Shown one piece after another: positions 20,990 through 31,031 of a stretch of 64,000 bases of DNA. The notes under the pieces were generated by a model, which searched no databases, was not told the origin of the DNA, and saw only the letters and a list, made by a program, of their open reading frames with translations. The translations under genes and the position numbers were made by a program. Source of the stretch: a bacterium (GTDB taxonomy: Bacteria > UBA8248); assembly GCA_965203325.1 (NCBI GenBank), contig OZ241875.1, forward strand, positions 2,336,001 through 2,400,000, in the 5' to 3' direction. Each line of letters starts with the position of its first letter. The stretch's first letter is position 1.

Positions 20990-21433
20990 TTAGGTGTGTC
21001 TTTGGGTGGATGGGCAGATTTCATGATTCGGATCCCACCATAGAATTTTCATGATGTTCGCTTCCTGTACACACCAGACTCGATTTTTGCCAGTCAGCCG
21101 AAAAGACATGAGTTCATCGGTATCATCTTTGTGGATCTTTTCGAGACGATCCCGCGCAGGTTTCACGATATTAGCAATCTGGATCGGGTGACTCCCGCTT
21201 TGTATGATTTGGCTCCAGTTTTTCTTTTCGAATTCCTGGAGTTTCTCCATCACATTCTTATAAAGGTTTGGGTCCGACAGATTCGTCCACGCCCAATCGC
21301 CGCCGTGGTCGCTTTCGCTGAATCTCCATGTGAGAGGAGCGCCGTGGACGGTAGGTTGCTGCGCTTTTGACTGCTTTTTTGGTTGAGGTTCTTGAGCAAG
21401 TTTTGATTTCTTTTGACTTGATTTCCTGGTCAA
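20990..21433 (-). CDS. Putative toxin (RelE-like RNase fold suspected) partnered with the Panacea antitoxin
   Basis: Begins 6 nt after antitoxin stop; LMSFRL...RVW...ILWWDPNH pattern; AT-richer than flanks. Confidence 0.6.
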   Translation of the reverse strand: MTRKSSQKKSKLAQEPQPKKQSKAQQPTVHGAPLTWRFSESDHGGDWAWTNLSDPNLYKNVMEKLQEFEKKNWSQIIQSGSHPIQIANIVKPARDRLEKIHKDDTDELMSFRLTGKNRVWCVQEANIMKILWWDPNHEICPSTQRHT

Positions 21434-21439
21434 CGGAAT

Positions 21440-21880
21440 TCAGAGGCTGGAGTAGTATTCAGCCATCGATGCGTTTGAAATACGCGCCTTTCCGCGTTGT
21501 CCGCTGAGAAGCCCTGCTTCTTCCCGGGCATCCCGCCAAGGGGCCTCCATATGGGTCAGCGCACTTAACCAATGAGATGTCTTGTCTCCATAAAAATCAA
21601 GAACGGCATCGACGGTTTCACGCTGCACGGCATCCAATTTTTCCGGGTCGCCGCCCGGAATACTCGACAAGAGGTATTGTCCCCGGTGCGCCTTGTAGAG
21701 ATTTCGAATGACCGGACCGTTCGCCCATGCCTCGATGCGATCGCGGAAGAGGGATTTGTCGTCCCAAACGAGAGACCAAGCCTGGGCGTAATACACCAGC
21801 TTCTGGAGTTTCATGGCCGGCATCTTGCCCTGCTTTCGCAGGATGTAAGCGGCCACGTCAACAGCGCGGACAGTCATCAT
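21440..21880 (-). CDS. Panacea-domain (DUF4065/GepA/SocA-like) antitoxin
   Basis: MKLQKLVYYAQ, IEAWANGPV, LSALTHMEAPW signature. Confidence 0.9.
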   Translation of the reverse strand: MMTVRAVDVAAYILRKQGKMPAMKLQKLVYYAQAWSLVWDDKSLFRDRIEAWANGPVIRNLYKAHRGQYLLSSIPGGDPEKLDAVQRETVDAVLDFYGDKTSHWLSALTHMEAPWRDAREEAGLLSGQRGKARISNASMAEYYSSL

Positions 21881-22057
21881 CAAAATCCATCCCTGTTTTG
21901 ATTCCAGGCGCGTTAAGCAGCACTTGCGTAGATAACTCGAAATTTTTGCATGGGTCGAAACGACTGCGGATAGCTTTACCTCGTAACAATCATTCTGGCA
22001 TAAAAATAACAAAAGTCAAACACGATCGAAATTCACTCAACGCTATAGAGGCTCCCT

Positions 22058-23380
22058 CTAAAAATCGGACTCCAGTATCCACACGCCGGCGCCGAGGCGT
22101 TCGCTGATGTAGGCCCTGCCGTCCGCCGCCATGTAGACGTCATCCACCTGGACCTGCAGGAGTTCGTAGTCTCTCCCCCACAGGGGGCGGATGGGGTCGC
22201 GTTTGGGCGTTTCGGGCACGTAGTGGGCGACTTCCTTAGGATTCAGCGGGTCTTCGATGTCGAACACGCGAAGGCCGCCGTTGAACCACGTCATGTAGAC
22301 TTTGGTGTGGTCGATGAGGGAATCCGGGCGGTTCTCGTGGAGGTTGTGCGGGCCGGAGCGTCCGCCGCGCTCGGCGTAATCGCCCTCGGGGTGCGGGAAG
22401 GTGGAGAGCACTTTCGGGTTTTTCTCATCCGAAATGTCCATCACGCGAATTTGTTTTTTGATGTCTTCCATGTCCTCCGCCGTGCATTCATCCGACACGA
22501 TGCAGATGTTTCTGTCCAAAAGGGGCAGCACCGAATGCGTGGCCGAACTCTCCCCGGGCGGCCACTGGGTGTGGCTGATGAGGGCGGGGTTCGTGATGTC
22601 CGAGATGTCCAGGATGATGAAGCCAGAATCCCACCACGCGCCGTAGCACCTCTCGCCTACGTTCATGGACATGTGCACGCAGGCGCGTTTTTTCTTCACG
22701 CCCTCGGGCACTTCTCCTCCGAGCGGGATGTATTCGCCCTTGCGGTTTTTCTTGAAGCGGAACTGGCCCATCTGGTACCAGTCGCGCTCCTCGTCGTTCC
22801 GCATCCCCGGCATCGCCCAGCGGCCCACCTCTTTGGGGCGGGTGGGGTCTTTCAGGTCGATGATCTTCAGGAACTGATCGATATATTCATCGTCCCCGGC
22901 CGTCAGGAAGGCGTAGCGGCCGTCGCCGAACCAGAACCGGTGCACACCGCGCCCGCCCGTGTGGAAATACCCCAGCGGGCGGAGTTCGGGCAGGTTCGAG
23001 ACGTCGTAGATGTCGACCCCCGCCTTGAAGGGCTCGAAATCGGGGCCGCGTCCGCCGAACTGCTCGTTATTGACGACCATGATGTCGCCCACGATCTGGA
23101 GCTTGTTGTTGTGCGTGTTGCGCGGGGCGGGAATCTGGTTCACGAGTTTGGGTTTCCGGGGGTTCGAGGCGTCGATGACGCTCGTACCCGCACCCGACAT
23201 GCCCACGTGGCCGCAGAGAATGAAATCGTCCTTCACGAGAAGCTGCATGACGTCGCCCTTGTTGCGGCCGCCGAAATCGCAGTGGCCCAGGAGCTTGAAG
23301 CCGTTCGCTTCCTCGGGGGTCATTTCCTTGCCCGGTTTTCCGCGTCCCGGCGGAAGAGCCGGATCCGGCGTGCATTCCAT
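22058..23380 (-). CDS. LVIVD-repeat beta-propeller protein
   Basis: Repeated SVIDASNP/IYDVSN/IIDLKDP/ILDISD/VMDISDE/VFDIEDP; AAGGAG RBS before ATG 23380. Confidence 0.8.
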   Translation of the reverse strand: MECTPDPALPPGRGKPGKEMTPEEANGFKLLGHCDFGGRNKGDVMQLLVKDDFILCGHVGMSGAGTSVIDASNPRKPKLVNQIPAPRNTHNNKLQIVGDIMVVNNEQFGGRGPDFEPFKAGVDIYDVSNLPELRPLGYFHTGGRGVHRFWFGDGRYAFLTAGDDEYIDQFLKIIDLKDPTRPKEVGRWAMPGMRNDEERDWYQMGQFRFKKNRKGEYIPLGGEVPEGVKKKRACVHMSMNVGERCYGAWWDSGFIILDISDITNPALISHTQWPPGESSATHSVLPLLDRNICIVSDECTAEDMEDIKKQIRVMDISDEKNPKVLSTFPHPEGDYAERGGRSGPHNLHENRPDSLIDHTKVYMTWFNGGLRVFDIEDPLNPKEVAHYVPETPKRDPIRPLWGRDYELLQVQVDDVYMAADGRAYISERLGAGVWILESDF

Positions 23381-23475
23381 ATCGGACTCCTTGTTCGATG
23401 AGATGGCGGGATTATAGCCGCACGGGGGGCGAATCGAACAGCGGCGGGCCATTTCTTTTCGCAGGCTCTTCATGT

Positions 23476-23696
23476 GGGGTTGTTGGAAAAGGCCTGATTT
23501 CTAAATTCATCGCAAGAAGCCGGACAGGGCTATCTTCCTGAAAGTGCAGCCAACCGTAGGGGCGGTTCGCGAACCGCCCCTACAGCGGGCGCGGTATTCG
23601 CTCGTCATGACGGCGTTGCATAGCCGTAGGGACAGGTCGCGACCTGTCCCTACAAAACCAGCAACTCTCCCTCGTTGGACTTCTTCAACAATCCCC
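23476..23696. mobile_element. MITE-like element with IS1182-like ends enclosing two GTAG REPs (23556-23583, 23626-23653)
   Basis: Left GGGGTTGTTGGAAAAGGCC and right GGACTTCTTCAACAATCCCC are imperfect inverted repeats resembling the IS ends at 27513/29036. Confidence 0.55.
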
Positions 23697-23789
23697 TCAA
23701 GGAAAAGTCATTTCAAAAGCCTGTGTCGAATGAGAAATCCATTTCTGCTTGCGGGTGACTTTATCAACGGCCCCATGTAGGCTTCATTC

Positions 23790-24068
23790 ATGCCGAAATT
23801 ATCCCTGAACCGCTTGATCCACGACATCCAGCCTTTGGAGAAACGCGAGGCGTTCCTGTCGGATCCGCTCGAATTCGCGCGGGGATATGACGTCACGGAT
23901 GCGGAGCTTGCGGCGGTTCGTGATTCCGACGTGCGCGCGCTGTGGAGCTTCGGCGCGAACCCCTACCTGCTTCGGGTGCTGCAGTTTCGCGCAGGCATTT
24001 CGGATGAAGATTTCCGGGCGGCGCTGGCGGGTTTCTCCTATCCGCGCCCCGATGAGGGGGAGATATAG
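23790..24068 (+). CDS. LigA-like small subunit of aromatic ring-cleavage dioxygenase
   Basis: REAFLSDP...Y.VTDAE..AV...D...L...GANPYLL pattern; directly upstream of LigB-like gene. Confidence 0.75.
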   Translation: MPKLSLNRLIHDIQPLEKREAFLSDPLEFARGYDVTDAELAAVRDSDVRALWSFGANPYLLRVLQFRAGISDEDFRAALAGFSYPRPDEGEI

Positions 24069-24069
24069 C

Positions 24070-24897
24070 GTGGCGGAGATCGTCGGGGCCTTCGCGGCCA
24101 GTCACACGCCTCTTTTTATTCTGAGGCACGATGCGCCCGCAGAAGACGTGAGGGAAGAGGTGTTCTCCTCTTACCGCCGGATGGCCCGAGAGATTGTCGA
24201 AAGAGGAGCCGAGGCGATGGTCCTGCTGGGAAACGATCACTTGCACGCCTTCTCCATGGACAGATACCCCGCCCTGGCTATCGGCGCGGGTCCCCGCTTC
24301 GGCCCGGTGGAGACCGAGCCTTTTCTGCCGTCTGACATATACGAGGGCGCCGAGGGGCTGGCCTCTCACATTACGCGCGGGCTGCTGGCGAACGGCTACG
24401 ACCCCTTGTTGTGCAGGGAACTCGCGCTCGATCATTCCTTCGTATCGCCCCTGGCGCTCATGGGCGATACGGGTCTGCCCATCGTGCCGATCCTGCAAAA
24501 TACGGTGGCCCCGCCCCTGCCGCCCGCCGCGCGCTCATACGAACTCGGCCTCTCGCTGAGGCGATTGCTGGAGGATTATGCCGGCTGCGAGCGCGTGGCC
24601 GTCGTGGCGACGGGCGCGCCCTCGCACTGGATCGGGACTCCCGAGCAGGGTGATATCGACGAGGCGTGGGACCGCGAGGTCATCGAGGTGCTATGCCGCG
24701 CCGACGCGAAGGGCCTCGCCGCGTGGCCGCAGGCCAAAATTGATGAGGGCGGAAACGGGGGCAACGAGATCAGGACCTGGATTTCCGCCGCGGCTCTCAG
24801 CGGAGACACCGAGGCGAATCTGTGGACTTACCGGATAGAGCCCCTGTGGTTTCTGGGGGTGACGGTCATCGAGTGGCCCGTCGGCCCGGCCCTCTAG
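24070..24897 (+). CDS. LigB-like class III extradiol ring-cleavage dioxygenase
   Basis: AASHTP, NDH, LDHS, PSH, NEIRTW; GTG start. Confidence 0.88.
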   Translation: MAEIVGAFAASHTPLFILRHDAPAEDVREEVFSSYRRMAREIVERGAEAMVLLGNDHLHAFSMDRYPALAIGAGPRFGPVETEPFLPSDIYEGAEGLASHITRGLLANGYDPLLCRELALDHSFVSPLALMGDTGLPIVPILQNTVAPPLPPAARSYELGLSLRRLLEDYAGCERVAVVATGAPSHWIGTPEQGDIDEAWDREVIEVLCRADAKGLAAWPQAKIDEGGNGGNEIRTWISAAALSGDTEANLWTYRIEPLWFLGVTVIEWPVGPAL

Positions 24898-24921
24898 AAG
24901 AAACCCTGGGAGGATGTAGGT

Positions 24922-25911
24922 ATGCCGAAAGCCGTTTTATTCGACGAATTGGGCGGTGCGGACGTGCTCCGCGTGGCGGAGGTCCCCGACCTCGAGGCGG
25001 GGGAGGGCGAGGTGCGCATCGAGGTCGAAGCGCTCGGGATCAACCGGGCGGAGATCATGTTCCGCGAGGGCGTCTACCACGTACAGCCGGAGTTCCCCTC
25101 CCGAATCGGCTATGAAGCGGCCGGGACGATTGACGCGGTAGGCCCCGGCGTGGAGGGCCTCGCGGTCGGGGATCGCGTGAGCACGATCCCGTGTTTCTCG
25201 ATGATAGAGCACGGGGTGTGCGGTGAGCAGGCGGTCGTGCCGGCGTTCGCCGCGGCCCGCTACCCGGATAGCCTCACGCCGGTCAAGGCTGCGGCCGTCT
25301 GGATGCAGTACATGACCGCGTACGGAGCGATCGTCGAATACGGGCGGGTGAAAAAAGGCGACAACGTCCTGATCACCGCGGCGAGCAGCAGTGTCGGCAT
25401 CGCGGCGATCCAGATTGTGAGATCGCTGGGTGCGCGGCCCATCGCCGCTACGCGCGGAGCGGGGAAGAAGGATTTTCTCCTGAACATCGGCGCTGCTCGC
25501 GTCGTCGTGACGGACGAGGAGGATTTGGCGGAGTCGGTGCTGGAGATTACGGACGGCGCGGGTGCGAACGTCATCTTCGACCCCGTCGTCGGGTCTTATC
25601 TCGCGAAGCTCGCCGAGGCGGCCGCCTACCACGGCATGATTTTCTGTTACGGCCACCTCTCGCCCGATGATTCGGTGATCCCCCTCTACCCGGCCATCCG
25701 GAAAGGCCTGACCTTCCGGGGCTACACGATCATGGAAATCTCCAGAGACCCAGGGTTGAGAGAGGAAGCGAAAAGGTTCATCTATGACGGCCTGGAATCG
25801 GGCGCGTTCAAGCCCGTCATCGCCAGGACGTTCCCGCTCGACGACATCGTGGGGGCGTACGAATACATGGAATCGAACGAGCAGATGGGTAAAATCGTCG
25901 TCGAGGTGTAG
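24922..25911 (+). CDS. NADPH:quinone reductase-like MDR oxidoreductase (copy 1)
   Basis: GYEAAG, AASSSVG, ESNEQMGKIVV. Confidence 0.88.
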   Translation: MPKAVLFDELGGADVLRVAEVPDLEAGEGEVRIEVEALGINRAEIMFREGVYHVQPEFPSRIGYEAAGTIDAVGPGVEGLAVGDRVSTIPCFSMIEHGVCGEQAVVPAFAAARYPDSLTPVKAAAVWMQYMTAYGAIVEYGRVKKGDNVLITAASSSVGIAAIQIVRSLGARPIAATRGAGKKDFLLNIGAARVVVTDEEDLAESVLEITDGAGANVIFDPVVGSYLAKLAEAAAYHGMIFCYGHLSPDDSVIPLYPAIRKGLTFRGYTIMEISRDPGLREEAKRFIYDGLESGAFKPVIARTFPLDDIVGAYEYMESNEQMGKIVVEV

Positions 25912-25937
25912 GCGGGTCTGTATGAGCGGATGTGGCC

Positions 25938-26088
25938 AGGGCTTGTTGAAAAAGTCTCTCTCCTCAGGGGATATAGGCAACCCCCCCTACCCCCCCTTGA
26001 CAGGGGGGTATGAAAAGGCGACGCCCGCCACCGGTAGAGGGGTTTTTGTTTTTTCTTGCCCCCCTGTCAAGGGGGGGTAGGGGGGGTT
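25938..26088. repeat. IS1182-like end joined to a CCCCCCTACCCCCCTTG inverted-repeat doublet
   Basis: Near-identical arrangement at 40345-40525. Confidence 0.7.
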
Positions 26089-26221
26089 GGTTTTCAAGGC
26101 GAGAGCCTGCGCCTCCGCCCGGTTTCGGGTTTTGGCCGGAATGACGGCGGTGGTGAATTCCGGGCAGGAATGTTCTGCAAGGGTTCGTTCCAATTCATAG
26201 ACAAGGATGGAGGATGAGGGA

Positions 26222-27211
26222 ATGCCGAAAGCGGTTTTGTTCGACGAGTTGGGCGGCGCGGACGTGCTCCGCGTGGCGGAAGTTCCTGATCTGGAGCCGG
26301 GTGAGGGCGAGGTGCGGGTCGCCGTGGAGACGATGGGGCTCAACCGGGCGGAGATTCTCTTCCGGGAGGGCCGCTACCACGACAAGCCGGTGTTCCCCTC
26401 CCGCATCGGTTACGAGGCCTGCGGGGCGATAGACGCCGTGGGGCCTGGCGTGGAGGGCCTCGCGGTCGGCGATCGCGTAAGCACGATTCCCTGCTTCTCG
26501 ATGGTGGAGCACGGCGTGTGCGGCGAGCAGGCGGTCGTGCCGGCGTTCGCCGCCGCCCGCTATCCCGATAACCTCTCGCCCGCCGAGGGCGCTTCCATCT
26601 GGATGCCGTATTTCACCGCATACGGCGCGCTCATCGAATTCGGGGGCGTGAAGGAGGGAGACACCGTCCTGCTCACGGCGGCGAGCAGCAGCGTCGGCGT
26701 CGCGGCTGTTCAGATTGCGAAATCAGTGGGCGCGCGGGTCATCGCCACGACGCGCGGGGCGGGCAAGAAGGATTTCATCCTCGGTACGGGCGCGGACCAC
26801 GTCGTCGTGACGGACGATGAGGATCTGGCCGGGCGGGTGATGGATATCACGGACGGCGCGGGCGCCGACGTCGTCTTCGACCCCGTCGTCGGGTCGACGC
26901 TGCCGAAACTCGCCGACGCGACCGCGTACCAGGGCTCGATTTTCCTCTATGGCCGCCTCTCGCCCGAGGCTGCGGAGATACCCCTGTTCCCGGCTCTCCG
27001 GAAAGGGCTGACCTTCCGGTGCTATACGATCATGGAGATCACGAAGTTCCCTGAAAAAAGGGAGCGGGGGAAGAAATTCATCTACGAGGGCCTCGAATCA
27101 GGCGCGCTCAGGCCTATCGTCGCCAGGACGTTCCCGCTCGACGACATGGTAGAGGCGCACAAGTACATGGAGTCGAACCAGCAGATGGGCAAAATCGTCG
27201 TCGAGACGTAA
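26222..27211 (+). CDS. NADPH:quinone reductase-like MDR oxidoreductase (copy 2, tandem paralog)
   Basis: Same length (329 aa) and long identical stretches with 24922-25911. Confidence 0.88.
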   Translation: MPKAVLFDELGGADVLRVAEVPDLEPGEGEVRVAVETMGLNRAEILFREGRYHDKPVFPSRIGYEACGAIDAVGPGVEGLAVGDRVSTIPCFSMVEHGVCGEQAVVPAFAAARYPDNLSPAEGASIWMPYFTAYGALIEFGGVKEGDTVLLTAASSSVGVAAVQIAKSVGARVIATTRGAGKKDFILGTGADHVVVTDDEDLAGRVMDITDGAGADVVFDPVVGSTLPKLADATAYQGSIFLYGRLSPEAAEIPLFPALRKGLTFRCYTIMEITKFPEKRERGKKFIYEGLESGALRPIVARTFPLDDMVEAHKYMESNQQMGKIVVET

Positions 27212-27512
27212 GCCGCGGGCCCTTGAAAAACCCCGCGCCGGGGGCATCGTTTTACCCCCCTCGTCAGGAGGGCTTTCTTTTTTCTCCCTCGTCGGTCGGT
27301 TTTGATCTCCCACCGGCGCGGCTGCGGACTTCGCCCTGAAACTGCATTTCTAACCGATGAGAGAGAAGAGAACCACTCCCCCCTTGAGGGGGAGTCGCAG
27401 AAGCCGAGCGTTTTGTGCGAAGGCTGATGCGGTGGGGGGACATGCCACAGAAAAAACTCCCCCCACCGATTCGCTTGCGGGCTTGCGCCCTTAGCTCATC
27501 GACTCCCCCTCA

Positions 27513-29036
27513 AGGGCCTGTTGAAAAACCCCTGGTTTTGTGATCGTATGGAGTTATCCCGACTCGCCCGAGATGGGAGTTCCCTCGATGCTGGATCGCA
27601 AGAGGCGCGAGCAGATGGACTTGTTCGTGGCCGGCCCGCTGGAGAAGTTGATTCCCGAAGATCACATATTGCGGCAGGTGGACCGCGTACTGGATTTGAG
27701 CTGGCTTCGCGAGGAAGTGGCGGAGTGCTATTGCGCGGACAATGGCCGTCCGGGCCTGGACCCCGAAGTGGTGGTTCGGTTGATGCTGGCGGGCCTGCTG
27801 CTGGGCTACGCCCACGACCGGCGTCTGTTGCGCGAGGCGCAGGCGCACCTGGCGATCCGGTGGTTCATCGGGTACAGGCTGGACGAGGAGTTGCCGGACC
27901 ATTCGAGCCTGACGCGGATTCGCCAGCGCTGGGGGGAGGAGCGCTTCAAGGAGGTATTGCGCCGCACGGTTCAGGCTTGCGTGGAGGCGAAGGTGGCGAC
28001 GGGAGAGGTGGTTCACATGGACGCCTCTTTGATACGTGCGGACGTGAGCTGGGAGAGTCTGGCGGAGCGCCACGCGGAGAAGGTGGTGCGGGAGAACGAT
28101 TCGGAGGATGAGACGGAGAAGAAGGGCAAAGGCCGGGGCGGGGGTTCGGGGTCTGTGAGCCGAACGGACCCGGACGCTCGCCTGGCGCGCAAGAGCGCTC
28201 GGGCGGGGTTCGAGCCGAGCTACAAGCACCACGCGGTGGTGGACGATGAGCGGGGCGTTGTCCTCGACGTTGCGGTGACGGAGGGGACGTTGAACGAGCG
28301 GGAGATGATGGAGCCGCAGTTGGATGCGGTTTGCGAGCTCACGGGGCGCGCGCCCGGGGTGGTGACGGCGGATTCGGGCTATGCGTACTCGAAGGTGTAC
28401 GGCGCATTGGAGCGTCGGGGGGTGGACGCGGTGATACCGGCGAAGAAGGAGCCTTCCCAGAGCCGGGTGCCGTTGCAGCTGTTCCGCTACGATGAGCGTC
28501 ACAAGGTGGTGAAGTGTCCGGGGGGCAAGACGCTGCGCCCCCGGAAGGAGACGGAGCGGGGTCGCTACTATGTATCGAGGACGCGCGATTGCGCGGGCTG
28601 CGCGCTCAAGGCCGATTGTCTGTCGAAGTCCCGCACGAGCAGGACGGTGCTGGTTCCGCATGAGTATCCGGCGCTGTTACGCGCGCGCCGTCGCCACACG
28701 CGCCGTGGGGAGGAGGAGGGTCGGCTGTGGCGCCGGCACATGGGTCGCTCGGAGGGCTATCACGGCGAGGCGAAGAGTTGGCACGGCCTGGCGCGGGCGG
28801 TGCGCCGGGGTCTTGCGAACATAAGGATCCAGGCCTACCTGACGGCGACTGCGGTGAACCTCAAGCGGCTCGCCGCCGCTGTTGCGGCGCGTTTATTCGC
28901 TCTGTGGAGGGCCTGCGCCGCCTTGAGACGCCGAATGCGCGTTCCTGGCGGCCTCACGCACCTCGCGGGCTTCCTCTCCGCCGCTGCGTGAGACGCCATA
29001 CCTCCCGCTTCAAAACGGGGTTTTTCAACAGCCCCT
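27513..29036 (+). mobile_element. IS1182-family insertion sequence, 1524 bp, 4-bp target duplication CTCA
   Basis: TIRs AGGGCCTGTTGAAAAACCCC / GGGGTTTTTCAACAGCCCCT (1 mismatch); CTCA at 27509-27512 and 29037-29040. Confidence 0.9.
27588..28991 (+). CDS. IS1182-family DDE transposase
   Basis: IPEDHILR, GRPGLDP, LPDHSSLTR, DAS, ADSGY, C-rich insertion, R..RSEGYHGEAK. Confidence 0.92.
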   Translation: MLDRKRREQMDLFVAGPLEKLIPEDHILRQVDRVLDLSWLREEVAECYCADNGRPGLDPEVVVRLMLAGLLLGYAHDRRLLREAQAHLAIRWFIGYRLDEELPDHSSLTRIRQRWGEERFKEVLRRTVQACVEAKVATGEVVHMDASLIRADVSWESLAERHAEKVVRENDSEDETEKKGKGRGGGSGSVSRTDPDARLARKSARAGFEPSYKHHAVVDDERGVVLDVAVTEGTLNEREMMEPQLDAVCELTGRAPGVVTADSGYAYSKVYGALERRGVDAVIPAKKEPSQSRVPLQLFRYDERHKVVKCPGGKTLRPRKETERGRYYVSRTRDCAGCALKADCLSKSRTSRTVLVPHEYPALLRARRRHTRRGEEEGRLWRRHMGRSEGYHGEAKSWHGLARAVRRGLANIRIQAYLTATAVNLKRLAAAVAARLFALWRACAALRRRMRVPGGLTHLAGFLSAAA

Positions 29037-29183
29037 CTCAAGGGGGGAGTTGATTTGAAATTCTCGCCGGTCGGTTACTTACGACAAATCCAGAGTTCCG
29101 GGCTTTTTCAACAACCCCCTCAAGGGGGGGGTGAAATCCGATATGCTCCTTCTGTAGGCTTTTTCAACGCGCGCCGCGCCGGT

Positions 29184-30839
29184 CTAGCCGAACGGGCGGG
29201 CGTGGGAGTAGCCCATCTCCTCGCTCGTGATGAACTCGAGCAGCGCGGGCGTACCTTCTTCGGTCTTTCTTCTGGCTTCGAGGAAGGCCGCGCCGACTTC
29301 CGCCGGGTTCTCCACGCGCTTCGCCCAGCCGCCCAGCGCTCTGGCGATGTCGGCGTATTCGCCGCCCACGTCGCGCGTGCCGTATTTTTCGTGGGAGAGC
29401 GCCATGTGGTTGGTCTCCACCGCCATGGTGGAGTTCTTGAGCACCACCGTGCAGATGGGCAGGTTCTCGCGCACGGCGGTCTCGAAATCGAGCCCCGTCA
29501 TGCCGAACGCCGCATCGCCCATGAAGTTCACGCAGAATTTATCGGGCGCGGCGAGTTTCGCGCCCATCGCGAGGCCGAGCCCCGTGCCGAGCTGGTGCGA
29601 TTTCCCCCAGCCGAGATAAGACCTGGGCGTGTCGCAAAGGTACATGGGCAGCATCTCGTACCGCGGGTTTCCCGAATCGTGGGTGGCGATGGCCTCCGCC
29701 GCAGGGACGTTCCGCATCAGCTCCCCGATGACGCGGTAGGGGTTGATGGGTTTTTCATCCGAAGTGAGCTTGGGCGCCCATTCGTCCAGCCATGCCTTCC
29801 TCGCGTCCGCCACCTGCGCCTGCACCCCCTCGCGCCCGCTTCTGTCCACGCTCTTCATCCGCTCGGCGCAGCAGTCGATGAACTGGCGCAGCACGAGCTT
29901 CGCATCTCCGAGCACGGGGTGGTCGGCGGCGTAATTCTTGTTGATGTCGACCGGATCGTTCGTCGCGTGGATGATGGTCTTGCCGCCGGGGACGCGCGTG
30001 GCGAGGCCGTGGTCGGTGAGGCTCGTGCCGACGGCGAAGACTAGACCTGCGTCTCTTAAGAAATGATAGGCGGGGCCGCTCATGACGCTCGAGCCGACGC
30101 CCAAGGCGAGGGGATGGTTCGCTTCCGAGATCGCGCTCTTGCCCTCCATGGTGGTCAGGACGGGAATCTGGAGGAGTTCCGCCAGTTCTCGCAACTCATC
30201 GGTCGCCTCCGCGTAGAGAACGCCCGCGCCCGCGAGTATTACCGGACTTTCTGCTGCCAGCAGCGCTTCTGCGGCGCTCTCCACGTCCTTCGGGTCCGCC
30301 TGGGCGCGCGTTCGCTTCACGGGCGTGTAGCCCGCGAGCATATCCTCACTGACTTCCGCCCCCGCCACGTCTTCGGGCAACTCCACGAGCACGGGGCCGG
30401 GGCGTCCGTTCCGCATCGCGTGAAAGGCGCGGCGCATGGCGTCCGCCGCCCGTTCGGGCACGTTTATCTGCTCGGCCGATTTCGTCACCGAGGCGTAGGA
30501 GTCGACGGAACTGAACATGGGGAACACGCGGTCGCGCCCCCTGGCGTGGCCGAGAGGGAGCAGCAGCATGGGCGTGGAATCCGAATATGCGGTCGAGATG
30601 CCCGGAAAGGCGTTTTCCGCCCCCGGCCCGTACTGCATGGTGAAAACAGAAGGTGCTGCGCCGTTGGTGACGCGGGCGAAGCCGTCCGCGATGCCCACCC
30701 CCACGCGCTCCTGGCGGCAGACGATGGGCCGGATGCCGATAGCGGCGGCCGCTTCGATCTGGACGGTGGTGGGATAACACTTTAAGTGCCTCACCCCTTC
30801 GCGCTTCAGGATTCCGGCAATGACGTCGACGACGCGCAT
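29184..30839 (-). CDS. Thiamine diphosphate-dependent enzyme
   Basis: CRQERVG, GPGAEN, GRPGPV, GDAAFG...N. Confidence 0.9.
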   Translation of the reverse strand: MRVVDVIAGILKREGVRHLKCYPTTVQIEAAAAIGIRPIVCRQERVGVGIADGFARVTNGAAPSVFTMQYGPGAENAFPGISTAYSDSTPMLLLPLGHARGRDRVFPMFSSVDSYASVTKSAEQINVPERAADAMRRAFHAMRNGRPGPVLVELPEDVAGAEVSEDMLAGYTPVKRTRAQADPKDVESAAEALLAAESPVILAGAGVLYAEATDELRELAELLQIPVLTTMEGKSAISEANHPLALGVGSSVMSGPAYHFLRDAGLVFAVGTSLTDHGLATRVPGGKTIIHATNDPVDINKNYAADHPVLGDAKLVLRQFIDCCAERMKSVDRSGREGVQAQVADARKAWLDEWAPKLTSDEKPINPYRVIGELMRNVPAAEAIATHDSGNPRYEMLPMYLCDTPRSYLGWGKSHQLGTGLGLAMGAKLAAPDKFCVNFMGDAAFGMTGLDFETAVRENLPICTVVLKNSTMAVETNHMALSHEKYGTRDVGGEYADIARALGGWAKRVENPAEVGAAFLEARRKTEEGTPALLEFITSEEMGYSHARPFG

Positions 30840-31031
30840 GTGGCTTCTCCTATCGGTTCGGTGGATGTGCTTTTCGCGATGGAGGGAGTTTCTCACAAGT
30901 TTCGGTGTAAGGAAATTTCCGCGCACGGGAGCGCGCTCGGGCGCTTTTCGCTACAATGCGCGACCATCTTGAGAGAATTCATGGGGCGGGAGGCGTCGCT
31001 CCCGCATCTTTTCAGAAAAGGAAGCCCGGCC

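Larger units (their letters stand above)
27375..29050. repeat. ~150-bp palindromic element (ACTCCCCCCTTGAGGGGGAGT...ACTCCCCCTCAAGGGGGGAGT), interrupted by the IS
   Basis: Intact copies at 32981-33129, 37248-37395 and 42539-42708. Confidence 0.85.
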
